DNA from: Podarcis liolepis
Lineage: Eukaryota
Reading direction: 5' to 3' (one strand)
NCBI GenBank assembly: GCA_965112155.1
Contig: OZ218113.1
DNA length: 64,000 nucleotides
Below the pieces are notes generated by a model. It was not told the DNA's origin. It saw nothing but the letters and a program-made list of their open reading frames with translations, and did no database searches. Positions 35,001 through 48,648 of the stretch are shown piece after piece; position 1 is the first letter of the stretch; each line of letters starts with the position of its first letter. Made by a program: the position numbers and the translations under genes.

Positions 35001-37356
35001 TGGAAATGTGCATGTGTTAATTATTTTTCTTCATAGCCCTTTCCCTTCAGTCACCCCAGAGCTCAAACTCTCTGTCTGTCCACCCGCTCTTTCTCTCTAG
35101 CGTGCTCTGCCCATTCATGCCACCTCACTCTCCCCCCACCCCCTTCTCAACCCTGCAGGCCTGGGCTACTCCATTTTCCGTGGCGCCAACTCCCAGAAGA
35201 ATGCCTTTCGCCGGAATCCTGCCGACCCCAAAGTTGCTGGTTTGTCCTCCTTTGTGGCTTGTGGCCTGTTTGGACCCTGCTGGGAGACACACAAGCTGTG
35301 CCCTGCGCCTTCACAACCTTTGGCCTCTAACGTTCCTTTTCTTAAAATGTATAGCCGCGGCTCACGCGGGCAAGTGCCTCAGAGAAGCGCCTGCATTTAA
35401 AATCCAAATGCAATAGCTTCTGAAGAGGAGTGGGTGCCTGGGCATTGTCTTTTGCCTGTGGGAGGGAGGTGGAAAATTGGGCATCCCTGTTTTCCTCCCT
35501 GTTGCGAAAACAGAGCGTGGCTGGCCTGCTTTTGCAGGACCTGAATGCCTTGTGAACCCCTTTGTTCTCACAAGAGAAATGTTGTTTCCTTTCAGGACTG
35601 CGAACCATCCCCACGGCCACAGGACGGCGCCTGCTGGTGTCCGGCTGGTGGGGGTTTGTGCGGCACCCCAACTACTTAGGAGACCTCATCATGGCTTTTG
35701 CATGGTCCTTGCCCTGCGGTAAGCAGGAGCCTCTCTCCCCCTCCGTCAGTATCCAGACCACACTCTGTAGGAAGAGAATCTCAGTGCCCGGCCCACTCAC
35801 CAGGGTCACACAACACCATTACAAGCAATTACCGTATTTTTTTGCACCATAACACTCACTTTTTTCCTCCTAAAAAGTAAGGGAAAATGTCTGTGCGTGT
35901 TATGGAGGGAATGCCTACGGGTGGCATGCCTATGGATTTTCCTCCTCTAAAAACTACGTGCGTGTTATGGTCGAGTGCATGTTATAGAGCGAAAAATACG
36001 GTACATGACCTTGCACATAGTGTTTGCCAAGTTGCCAAAGACACAGAAAGGAGGACGGGGAGACAGCAGCATCCCTTCAGATAGACAGAGCTGCTGTGCT
36101 TGTTTAAAGAAAGAGAGAACCTATACATGTCGACGCAAATTCTGAGGGTGCAGAGTTAAGCAGTGCCCGTTTTCCAATGTCCATGACTCTCATGGCCTTT
36201 TGAGTAACCACTGGGAGGCTCTCAAAATCCTCACTTTGGAGAGAAACAAGCAAAACACGAAGAAAATTAAATATACCCCTTATAATTTCATGTTATGCCC
36301 TGCTAAATCCCAGAGCTTTCCCATCATCTTCCAGCCTTTCAAGGCTTAACCCAGGGAGCGGGAGCCTGCAGTTGGGCTCCCACATCCTCATTCCTGACCA
36401 TTGGCCATGCTGGCTGCTGCCGGGGCAGGTGGGAGTTGTAGTCCAGCGGTGCCCGGTGGGGACCCCTGCACTGGCCCCCATTCCTCGCAGTAGCCCCCCA
36501 GGCAAAGAATGGCATTTCATTTGAAACACTATATGCATGTTACACAGGAGTTAAAGATAAAGCATTAAGATCCAGCAATTAAGACTACAGCAATACCTCT
36601 GTTAGGTAAAGGTAAAGGGACCCCCGACCATTAGGTCGAGTTGTGACCGACTCTGGGGTTGCGGCGCTGGCGTACAGCTTCTGGGTCATGTGGCCAGCAT
36701 GACTAAGCCGCTTCTGGCGAACCAGAGCAACGCATGGAAACGCCGTTTATCTTCCTGCCGGAGCGGTACCTATTTATCTACTTGCACTTTGACGTGCTTT
36801 CGAACTGCTAGGTTGGCAGGAGCAGGGACTGAGCAACGGGAGCTCACCCCATTGCAGGGATTCGAACCGCCGACCTTCAGGTCCTAGGCTCTGTGGTTTA
36901 ACCCGCAGCGCCACCTCCGTTAGGCCAGCCTAAATGTTACAAAATAGTTTGGAAGCTTTCAGGGTTTCCCTGCTCAAACTGATCAGGCTGGATCTTAGAA
37001 GCTGGGTTTGGGGCGAGGGGGAAAGAGAGAGAAAAGGCTGCTGGTGCCAGGAGACCCCTTTTCTTTTTCTTTTTCTCTTCCCCACCCCTAAATGGGATTC
37101 TCTGTGCCTCCTTGCACTGAAATCTGAAGTGGTTCCTCTGTGTCCCAATAGCCCACCCTCCCCAATGGCTTCCCCATTCTGTTTCCTCTCCTCAGGCCTG
37201 ACCCACATCCTGCCTTACTTCTATGTCCTCTACTTCACCATGCTTCTGATTCACCGGGAAGCCCGGGACGAGCACCAGTGCCTGAGGAAGTATGGCCTCG
37301 CTTGGCAGGAGTATTGCCGCCGCGTCCCTTACCGGATCTTCCCCTACCTCTACTGA
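29068..37356 (+). CDS. TM7SF2: Delta(14)-sterol reductase TM7SF2, 419 aa; coding exons 29068-29122, 29913-30109, 31448-31502, 31806-32000, 33025-33128, 33700-33819, 34425-34593, 35159-35239, 35596-35718, 37196-37356
   Basis: ERG4/ERG24-family motifs [72 protein letters not shown] and [14 protein letters not shown]. It lacks the Tudor domain of LBR. Exons sum to 1260 nt, and the position is syntenic. Confidence 0.96.
30534..31330 (+). mobile_element. Probable solo LTR inserted in a hAT-like MITE (30428-31362) and itself split by a SINE
   Basis: The MITE halves CAGAGTTTCCCAAA..CTCCAGCTGTT and AACAGCTGGAGACCC..TTTGGGAAACCCTG are separated by a segment containing an internal AATAAA (~30834). The termini and TSD are imperfect. 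Confidence 0.45.
30963..31285. mobile_element. Sauria SINE
   Basis: Runs GGTAAAGGACCCCTGACC...CACAGCGCCACTCGCGTCCC, with a 10-bp TSD AGTCAGAAAG (30953-30962, 31286-31295). Highly similar to three other copies in the window. Confidence 0.85.
32684..32881. mobile_element. Tc1/mariner-type MITE, internally deleted copy
   Basis: Same TIRs and TA flanks as 27044-27285. Confidence 0.85.
35832..36001. mobile_element. Tc/pogo-like MITE
   Basis: TIRs CCGTATTTTT..ATAAC / GTTATA..GAAAAATACGG, flanked by TA on both sides. Confidence 0.75.
36604..36920. mobile_element. Sauria SINE
   Basis: (AGGTAA)2 end, and a body nearly identical to 30963-31285. Confidence 0.85.
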
Positions 37357-39506
37357 GCCATCGCTTGACAACTCAGCTCTCGCCCTGCTCACCACAACAG
37401 AAACCCACCCTTTCTGCCTGTCTGGAGAAGCCCATGCCCACACAGTCTCAACCAAGATGAGGAATAGGTGCCGTGGTTGTCACTGTGGGGTCACAACACC
37501 CCTCCCCACCTCCAGGAGCTGTGGGGAGGGGGGGTCGTCAGCCTGCTGCAGCTTTGTTTCCAAGACCCACTCAGACAACATGGCCTGCTTCTTTCAGGAA
37601 ATGAGAGGCTCTCTTGCTTCCTATCTATTGCCTGTCAGGACATTTCGATCTAGAAATCGCCTTCTTTTGTCAAGCCTGAATTTGCAAAAATTTAACCCAC
37701 AAAGATCATGTGGGCAAACTCTGTGTTGCTGGTTTTTGTGGTTTTTTAAAAATCCTTTTTCTGTGCAGACAGCAAGAGCCCAGATTACACGACTGGAATT
37801 ACTTTGTCGATCTTCACATATTTATTCTGTTTCTGCAATGCAGCAGCCCATCGAGCTACATCAAAGACATTTGGCAAGCTGCAACCATCTGGAAGTGCTG
37901 CTCTGGCCTCTGAGATTCCACCGCAACTCGTTTTGGAGCAATAAGGACTAGAAGCATTTTCAGTTAATTAAGGAAACTTTTTTTAAAAAAAATCTGAGAT
38001 CTTTGGCATGCACAATTTCTGTGACCAGTGCTACTAACCTGTGGAAAAGGCAGATTCCTGTTTATAGGAAGTTAAGGAAGCTGTACTGAGAAACCTGACA
38101 TATTAAACAGAACTGAATTCTGTTAACTCCGCTTTTTGACTATGGATGTCACTAGACATTCAGAAAGTGACATAAAAACTCTCAATCTGGATTTGGAATG
38201 ATTTCTAATCAAGCTTGGATTTTGGGGACTAGATTTTAGTAAGCACTGATTTTGGTAACACAGCAGAGGTTCAGGTTTATTAAAACAGCTTTTGAAAGTC
38301 AAATGTTTCTTGAACAGCAAATTAACGCCAGGGAACTTTCTGAGTTTTTGTCAGGTTTAACCATTTCGGCTAGGCTAGGGGAATGTTTGCAGTCAAGTCT
38401 GCAGAATTTCAAATTCATGCAGAATCTTAATTTAGGTCTAGTTGGGCGCTTCATGTGTGCATGGAACAGAGAGTAACCTTTTTTCTCTGTCGTTTACACA
38501 CACACACACACACGCCATTTGCTAAAGAGTCAATGGAAGCATAACAGGGCAGTAGAAGGAATTGGAGCACACCAAAGTTGTCTGTAGATGCTGGTGGGTT
38601 AAGGATTAAACTGGATTTCCCTGGCTGGGTGGAAAATTAGGGGGGTTATTTCCTTCATTTTTGAAAGGGGTGGGAGAAATGAGCAAATAAATGTAACTTA
38701 TTTTAATAAATAATATATTCAAACCTCTGCGGGGTTTGGAATGTAATTTTGGCAAAGCTGCTGCTCCACACTTCTTTGAGGACATCAACAGTGAATGCAG
38801 AGTCCACACAGATATTACCAAGAGGGTATTTTCTCCGTATCACGGTTGGATACAAGAAAGTTGCCAAAATGCTGTAATTTCAGTAATGACAGTGACGGAC
38901 GGTTAATTTCCCTCAAATCAACAGATCACATGTTCACTCATTATTTTACAACACGGAACACACCTTTGTGTTTTAATATGCTGACTCCAGATTATTAAAC
39001 TCTAAACCCGTTGGCTGTTAATACTTCCGCTAGGTGTGCCTTAATCCTAAAGCATGTTCTCAGAAGTAAGGCTCACTGAGTTCAAGATCCATTCACACTT
39101 TGTAAGATTCTTCAACCAGGGCAGTCTGGAGGGTGGCTACTCAATGTATTTACTAGAATGTAAGCTCTACTAGATACAGTGGGACCGTCCTTATCCCAAC
39201 TAACCACACATAGGATTGGGCCACTGATTAAAAAATGGAACAAAAGCAGCAAGAAAGTTCACCAATTTATTACACAAGCAGCCCCCACAAGTGCCTCTTG
39301 AAACCCAAGCCTCGCTCCATTTCAAGGTGTTAACGTGAAGCGAGACAGAAAAGGGGCTAATCTTGTCTAATCCAATATGTGATCCAGTTTACAGAGTATT
39401 CAATTTCCTGCTCCAAAGCCTAATCTGGTTTCAGCAGGAGGACTCTCCCCCCAACTCCCTCCCAGGCCAGCTGGTAAGCATATGACAGCTGTCAAAGTTC
39501 CTGAAT

Positions 39507-40736
39507 TCAGTCCAGTTCTTCTATCAGGGGCTTCTTAGGAGGAGGCACTTTGGCCCCCCACATCCGCTCCAGTTCCTGGCTGACAGCACCCACCTCCTTG
39601 ACCATGTCTAGGTGGGCGTGGTATTCCTGCTGCACCTCCAAGGCCAGGAGGCTCAGAGCCACCTCATTCTCATTCACCCAGGAGAGCAAGAACTCACACT
39701 TCTTCTGGGCCCCAGAGATTCTGGCTCGGTCCTGGGCAGGCAGCCGCCTCTTCCCTTTGCTCAGCAGTCGGGCCATGTGGGCGAGGGCAGCCAGGCTGAA
39801 CCCCTTTTGCTGGGCCTGGCACTCCCCCATTAAAATCTGGGCCACGGCCACCATCACCTTGGCATTGCCCAGCAGGCATTCCGGGTATTGCCCCATTGCC
39901 AGAGCCTGGAGGGCGGCTTGTAGGGCCTCAGCTGTAGAATGGAAAACCTGCTTGGCCCCTAGAGCCCCAGAAACGTCAAGGACCGTCTCACAAAACTCAG
40001 GGAGCATCTCTGCCTCGTCTGCCTCTCCATTGTACAGCGCCAAGGAGTAGGCATAGGCATAGAGAACATTGGGCAGCTGGAAGCGGATCAGAGGTGAGGT
40101 AGGAGTACGAGTCAGGGAGGCCAGTGGAGGGATGGAAGATGGCAACGTGGGTACTGCTTGCTGTCGAAGCCTCCGGGTGCAGGTGGGAGAAGCCTCTTCT
40201 GTGTGGGTGGGAAGTGGTGGCTGTTGCAAAGAAGCCTCCGGGTGCCGGTGGGGCTCCAGCTCCTGAGCATCCCTGGAGTCCCCCTGGAGCTCCTGGATCA
40301 GGGCAGTGCCATCGCATCTCCTGCCCCTCAGCCACCAAGGCTCCCAGGCAGGCAGGAGTCCCGAGATCTGTCCGCTGCTCAGCAGCCGCTGGAAGTGCTT
40401 CCTCTGGCCGGGGCTCAGCTGCTCCCACAGCGCCTCCTCTTGCTCCACGTCGGGGTTGAGGCCTAGCGAAAGGTCCTCATCCCCAGGCTCGCGTAGCTCC
40501 TGCAGCCGCAGGAGGGCCTCTCTCAGGCGGCGCTGGGAAGCCTTGTCCCCCCGAAGGCCCCGGAGGCTTAGCTCCAGCTCGCGGCTCTGGAAGTCCTGGG
40601 CGCAGGAGCCGTGGTCCCGGTAGCAGGGCACGGAGCAGAAGCGGAGGTGGCACCGCGGGCAAGTGTAAGGGGCTCGCCCGGCCTGGCAGTGCCCGCAGGG
40701 AAGGTCCGGCGCGGGACTCGAACCCGCGGAATCCAT
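39507..40736 (-). CDS. ZNHIT2: Zinc finger HIT domain-containing protein 2, 409 aa, single exon
   Basis: N-terminal zf-HIT (CGHC..YTCPRC..FCSVPCYRDHGSC), LLPAWEPWW, FQLPNVLYAYAYSLALYNG, KKCEFLLSWVNE and C-terminal LIEELD. Intronless and located between TM7SF2 and FAU. PolyA signal at 39266-39271. Confidence 0.96.
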   Translation of the reverse strand: MDSAGSSPAPDLPCGHCQAGRAPYTCPRCHLRFCSVPCYRDHGSCAQDFQSRELELSLRGLRGDKASQRRLREALLRLQELREPGDEDLSLGLNPDVEQEEALWEQLSPGQRKHFQRLLSSGQISGLLPAWEPWWLRGRRCDGTALIQELQGDSRDAQELEPHRHPEASLQQPPLPTHTEEASPTCTRRLRQQAVPTLPSSIPPLASLTRTPTSPLIRFQLPNVLYAYAYSLALYNGEADEAEMLPEFCETVLDVSGALGAKQVFHSTAEALQAALQALAMGQYPECLLGNAKVMVAVAQILMGECQAQQKGFSLAALAHMARLLSKGKRRLPAQDRARISGAQKKCEFLLSWVNENEVALSLLALEVQQEYHAHLDMVKEVGAVSQELERMWGAKVPPPKKPLIEELD

Positions 40737-40739
40737 GTC

Positions 40740-40935
40740 GGAGAAGAGGCAGCCGAGGAACGCCGAGCGCGTTCGGGAATTTCCGGCAGCAGCCTGTGTA
40801 AAGGGTTTCCGCGTTCATACCTTGCTGCGAATCGGAAGTTTCCGTTCATTCTCGGGCCGGAGGGCGCCGAGCCCCAGAAGGCTGTGCGCGCGTTCCTTGA
40901 AAACTGGTTTCCGCGCAGACGCACGCACGTATGTA
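40740..40935 (-). promoter_or_regulatory. ZNHIT2 CpG promoter
   Basis: CpG-rich, with ETS-like TTCCGG/CGGAAGT and NRF1-like GCGC motifs directly upstream of the ATG. Confidence 0.55.
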
Positions 40936-41126
40936 AATCTAGCCACAACAGTGCATTGTGGGAGGAAAACCGGGGAAGAGACCGGGGACTTTAGGGCATC
41001 TGAAGACATAAATCTACCGATATTGGATATGGAGGCATTTCTGTTCTACCAGAGCGGTTTATTGCACCTACTTTGAAGAGGTCACCATATCATACATAGC
41101 AGAGCCAAAGAGTGCCCAGGAGGTGC

Positions 41127-41324
41127 NNNNNNNNNNNNNNNNNNNNNNNNNNNNNNNNNNNNNNNNNNNNNNNNNNNNNNNNNNNNNNNNNNNNNNNNNN
41201 NNNNNNNNNNNNNNNNNNNNNNNNNNNNNNNNNNNNNNNNNNNNNNNNNNNNNNNNNNNNNNNNNNNNNNNNNNNNNNNNNNNNNNNNNNNNNNNNNNNN
41301 NNNNNNNNNNNNNNNNNNNNNNNN
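41127..41324. other. Assembly gap (198 N)
   Basis: Run of N bases. Confidence 1.
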
Positions 41325-43106
41325 ATAGATCTAGTATATCATGGCGCTTTTGAGCTTAGAAGTGCTTGTGAGCGCAGAGGCTGTGTAATATCCATTTAAT
41401 ATTTTTATAGCGCTCATATCCAGAATGGTTGGCGTTTAGTTGGCGCTGTGCTACGCTGCTTTGAAATGCGAGAAGTTAGCCACACTGGTTTGAGATATAA
41501 GCATACCTGATTTTTTAAGTGGGTCGTATATTGTTCTTAATGGTGGAGGCTGGTTCCGAGTGGCATGTTGCCCCACCAAGCAGAACGTTCAGCATGCCCC
41601 ATCTACTTAACTGCCTTCTGATTTACAACCAGGGTAAGGAGGGGGTCACTTATCAATTTCCTCCTCCTTAATGGGACTGTTGCTCCTTGTAGATCTCTGC
41701 TGCAGGGAAGATGGGGGCAGGGGACACAAAACCTCCACCTGCAGTTTGGCCTCCCTGCCTTCTCCAATACCCAACAGGTATTGTGCAGGTGTGTGCCAAA
41801 ATCCTGAGCTAGTTACAATATGCGAAGAGCAATTTTCACAGGGTCCAAAAATGTGAGCTGGGAGCAGGGGCTGGACAAGCTCTTGGGGGGGCGTGGCAGC
41901 TCCTTCGGCTCTTTGAACAATATAGAATAAAAATAATTGTGCACCCGTTTATTTGTTGTCAACAGTTCAGCTTAATGTTGCACTTGAATGTTTATGCCTG
42001 CAGACATGGAGCAGTAAGCAGAAGAATGTAACTTCCAGAGACCTCAAAGGAATGGGGGTAAAGTGTGGTAGTGAAGAATTAACACTGTAGAAATTTACAG
42101 AGAGAAATAGGCAACACCAGTGGGTGGGCAACAGGGACGACTGGAGCAACTGGGAGAGGGAGGAGCAGCTGGCAGCATTTCCAGGTCCAGCTGGAGCTTA
42201 ATTGGCAACATGCGTTTCCTTGCAATTTCTGAACCCACCGACTCAAGCCCATCTTAAATAGCTAAACACATGCCATCAAGCAGAGGTAGTAGAGCAGGTA
42301 ATGTAATCTGTGTTCCCCTTCTTCTTCAAGAGCAGCATTTTCAGCACTACCATGCTACTACAGTGGTCAGCCTGTGGCTGTCCACTTTGGACCATGCCCA
42401 GGTTCCTGTCTCCCCTCCAGTAAAACATCCCTTGGAGGAAAAAAAAAGCATGGCAAGGACAAGCCAGAATCCTTCTCCATGATACTTGTGTTGGAAATAT
42501 TTTCTGCATGAAAGCAGTCCATCCTGTGAGCCCTCTCCAATGACCAACTTAAAAATACATCAAACTAAATGAGCACTGTGTTGGCCATTGGCCCTCCCCC
42601 TCCATTACTTTCTTGCTTTGTGAGCTCCTAGTGGAAGTGATTTGTCAAATAGTAGAGGCTAATGCGCTACATATAAAAACCAGCTGTGGAAATATGCCAT
42701 CATGGAGGGGCAATGGAGAGCTTGCCCATTTTAAATGCATATATGCTTATTTTTATGAAGGTGGCTGGTGACAGTATTTCCCTCTAAAAACTCTGACCCT
42801 AAAAAAGGAACTTCCCTCTCCCAAGACTGATTTAGTAATCCCCGAGTGATCGGAAAGAGGACATTGAGCACTTTTCTACTTGCTTCGCAGTCCTCTCCAC
42901 TCAGCTGTGCTGTGATGAGTGGGTTCTTGAATGTTTTTGAAGTGGGTAGACCACAATCTTGAACCTGATATACAAATTTTAAAAATAGCTAAACGGAGGC
43001 TTAGTTTGGTCAGAATGGAGTATATTTTCAGAGTTAACACTAAATACAATACTATTGGCTGAAAATTTGTGCTCTGAGATTTTTAGACTCATCTACCCAT
43101 GTACTA

Positions 43107-43435
43107 GGGGACGCGGGTGGTGCTGTGGTCTAAACCACAGAGCCTAGGGTTTGCCAATCAGAAGCTTGGCAATTCGAATCAGCGCAACGGGATGAGCTCC
43201 CGTTGCTTGGTCCCTGCTCCTGCCAACCTAGCGGTTCGAAAGCATGTCAAAGTGCAAGTAGATAAATAGGTACCACTCTGGCAGGAAGGTAAATGGTGTT
43301 TCTGTGCGCTGCTCTGGTTCGCCAGAAGCGGATTAGTCATGCTGGCCACATGACCAGGAAGCTGTACAAGATGAGCGCTACAACTGCAGAGTCGTCCATG
43401 ACTGGACCTAACGGTCAGGGGTCCCTTTACCTTTA
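43107..43435. mobile_element. Sauria SINE, opposite orientation to the other three copies
   Basis: Runs GGGGACGCGGGTGGTGCTGTGG...GGGGTCCCTTTACCTTTA, with a short TSD TACTA (43102-43106, 43436-43440). Confidence 0.85.
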
Positions 43436-43662
43436 TACTATCTGCAACCAAAGGGGCACATGGGTTGCCAGATGTGAAATACACTGGCATTATTTTCAGC
43501 TCTCCTACACCACTTTGCAACTTTGATTGCCCCACTTTCTCTGAATCGACTGCAGTCCTCGGGCTCAAGTGAAACAAAGCCCCTGTTCCCAATAAGCAAG
43601 AAAAACACCCACCAACACCAGGTCCAAGCTAAGATCAGATTTATTAGGTAACTGGGTTCTGC

Positions 43663-45971
<2,309 letters not shown>

Positions 45972-46746
45972 GGTTCCACCTGTGCTGAGGAGAACAGCAA
46001 TCAGATTAGGGCGCAAAAGTATAGCATTTCCTCCTGAGGATTAGACAGATTCATGAAAGAGGTCTATTGATGGCCACAAGCCACAACGGCTCTGCTCTGC
46101 CCTCCACAGTTGGAGGCAGTGATGCTTCTGAATACCAGTTGCTGGAAACCACAGAAGAGAAGAGGGCTCTTGTGCTCAAATCTTGCTTGCTCATTTCCCA
46201 CAGGCATCTGGTGGGCCACGGAAAGAACAGGGTGCTGGACCAGATGAGTTATTGGCCGGATCCAGCAGGCTCTTCTTACTTCTTAAGCTAGTACCACTGG
46301 CATTTCCCCACCTATCTTTTAGACTAGGAAACACTCTCTCCATTCTGTAAAGCAGACCTCAAGGTAATGCTGCTGTTCAAGCACAAACTCAGAACGTGAG
46401 ATGTGGCTCACAAGCCTCTCCATTCAGCCTGCTATTGGTGCTCATCCTGGCAACAACTTAGCTTCCATCAGGATACTGCTGGAAGGCCCCTAAATTCTTT
46501 GTTTCAGGGACTCACAAAATTGTCTGTGTGTATCCTTCCAAATATGGTGCAGGGAACAGAGTCCACTAGGAAATGCCAACCTGAACACAGTTCCTCTCAA
46601 AGATTATCGCCGCCCCCCATTTGAACAACACACAGTGCCATCTGCTGGGCCATAAACAGCTCCACACACAGAAACAGAGATGTCTTGACCTACCCATTGC
46701 AAAGTGAGAAGGTAGCAGTCCCTAATTCTCTTTCAGAGAATCCTGG

Positions 46747-46784
<38 letters not shown>

Positions 46785-48350
46785 CACACACAAGGCACAG
46801 CATTGCCATGTTAACAGCCATGCCTCCCCCTCTAAAGTCCTGGGAAATGCAGTATATTAACAGGAACTGTAATTCTACCGTTTCCATGTTTATTTGTGGG
46901 GAGCCATGTCTGTTAATGTGGCATAAATGTGCTTTAAATATATAGCGGGGATGTGACCAAATATTACAGTTCTGAAATCATCTCTCTTGTATTCCTTCCC
47001 ACACATTAGCAACCAGGCTTAACAATATGAATACCAGCATCCTGACCTACTCCCCACCCACCCTTCTCCCTACAATTCCTATCTGCTTTCTACCTTATTA
47101 AGCTCTTCCATCTCTTCCCCACACCCTGCTACCCCTCCATTTATCTTTCTATCTTAAAACAGGACCCAGGAGGTTCAGACTCTTAATCCCATTCCTCCAC
47201 TGCATTCTCCAGGAATAGCCAGGAGTTCATTTAGACAATGTGTTCCCCCAGTCACATAAAAAGCACTCAGGAGTCCTGGCTCTTATCACTCCCTTACAAA
47301 AAAAATACTAATACAAAAAACCCCAAGTACTGTATTTAATTACCCACGCCCAATCGTTATGTCCTTAACCTCACTCACACATACCCCAACCCCACTCTAC
47401 CTCCACGAGAAGAGGGATTACAACCGGTTATGCACTGCCTATGTTTTAGTTGTTTCTATTTTGTCTGTAAGATGCCTTGAGTCCCCTGTCAGGGGGGAGA
47501 GGCAGAATATAAATAAGTATAATGCCCAGGGAACGTTGATTATGGGGCAACAGGAAAATCTAGTCACTGCATAAATAAAGGTCTCCTGCGATGCCTCTGT
47601 ACAGCAACCTTCCTTATCTCCTTAAAGCCTCCGGCAAAACTCATCTGGATCATTCCTAGTCCCTACTTTTTACTTCAGGCAAAGGATGTGCCATTCATGC
47701 AACGTTCTCTTCTCGCTTCCATTCCCTCACCCCGTTTTTGCCTCGGTAACCTGTCATGCCCCTTCTTTAGGAAGCAGCATCCACACAGAGGGGGTCATAT
47801 AAGAATGGCAACAAGGCAAACCCGTCCCCCCCCCCCAGCTTCGTTTGCTCCTCAGGCTTTTAAAAGCGGCTCCATGGCCTTTGCCTGCCTGCGCAGCCGG
47901 TCGCCTCTCAGTCTTAGCAGCGTGAGAAGAGCGTTGCTGGCCGTGTTTTCCGTACGGACTGACACGGGGTGCTTCTCTACGGTCCTCGCGGAAGCCGAGG
48001 CTACGGGGACGGAGAGTCAGACCAAGGCAACTCCGGCCGCTCGCATCGCTGGAACACGCGTCCCGCTCTATCTCCACGTGCTTCATGGGGCCCTGCGAGC
48101 CGCGTGCAGCCGAGGCCAGTCCTGCTCCGAGTAGGCCCATTGGGCCAAGGGCCAGAAGTCAGCCGCGCTCATTCACTTCATTGGGTCTACTTCCGAGTAG
48201 GTCGAATGCGGGCTCCACTCCCTGCCCTTCCCCAATTCCCCCTCTCCAAATAGGAGGCCTGGATTTGAGGGCCGTCTCAAGGGGACCCAGGAGTCCGGGG
48301 GACCCCACCCCCACCATTTTCCTTTTGATTCCCCTCCCTTCCCGTCTCAC

Positions 48351-48435
48351 CCTCAGTCGCCGATCCAAGATGGAGCCGGGAGAGCCGAAGAGTCGCCGCC
48401 GCTCCGCGCACGCAGACGAGGGAAAAGGAAAGAGG
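48351..48435 (-). other. FAU: FAU non-coding exon 1 with 5' TOP tract
   Basis: The minus strand begins CCTCTTTCCTTTTCCCTC (48435-48418), contains a YY1-like CCATCTTG, and ends at the donor GAGG/GTGAGA at 48351/48350. Confidence 0.8.
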
Positions 48436-48648
48436 CAGGAAATGGGGCGGGACTACCAGGGCGCAGGCGCAGTGGGGTCGGGTAGGGGGGGGTCGGTGTG
48501 GGCGTTGGCGTCTCTATGGTTGGTTCGGCTTGGTCTTCTCGCGCGGCCGGGCTGGCACCGTCATTTTGTCTCTATGGTGGCGCCGTGCCCTCTCTATGGT
48601 AGAGTCGCGTTGACGTCATCAATCCGCGCTTCTCTTCCTTCTCTCAGG
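48436..48648. promoter_or_regulatory. Bidirectional FAU/MRPL49 promoter
   Basis: About 210 bp separate the FAU TOP start from the MRPL49 ATG. Contains a GC box (48444-48451), NRF1-like GCGCAGGCGCA (48461-48471), CRE TGACGTCA (48611-48618) and three copies of TCTCTATGGT. Confidence 0.85.

Noticed and set aside
37292-37951. 219-aa ORF overlapping the TM7SF2 stop and 3' UTR
   Set aside because: Alternative frame with no domain similarity; treated as a chance ORF.
47890-48210. Possible snoRNA/scaRNA in FAU intron 1
   Set aside because: No canonical C box or recognisable guide sequence. The hairpin at ~48125-48200 resembles a common small palindromic squamate repeat.
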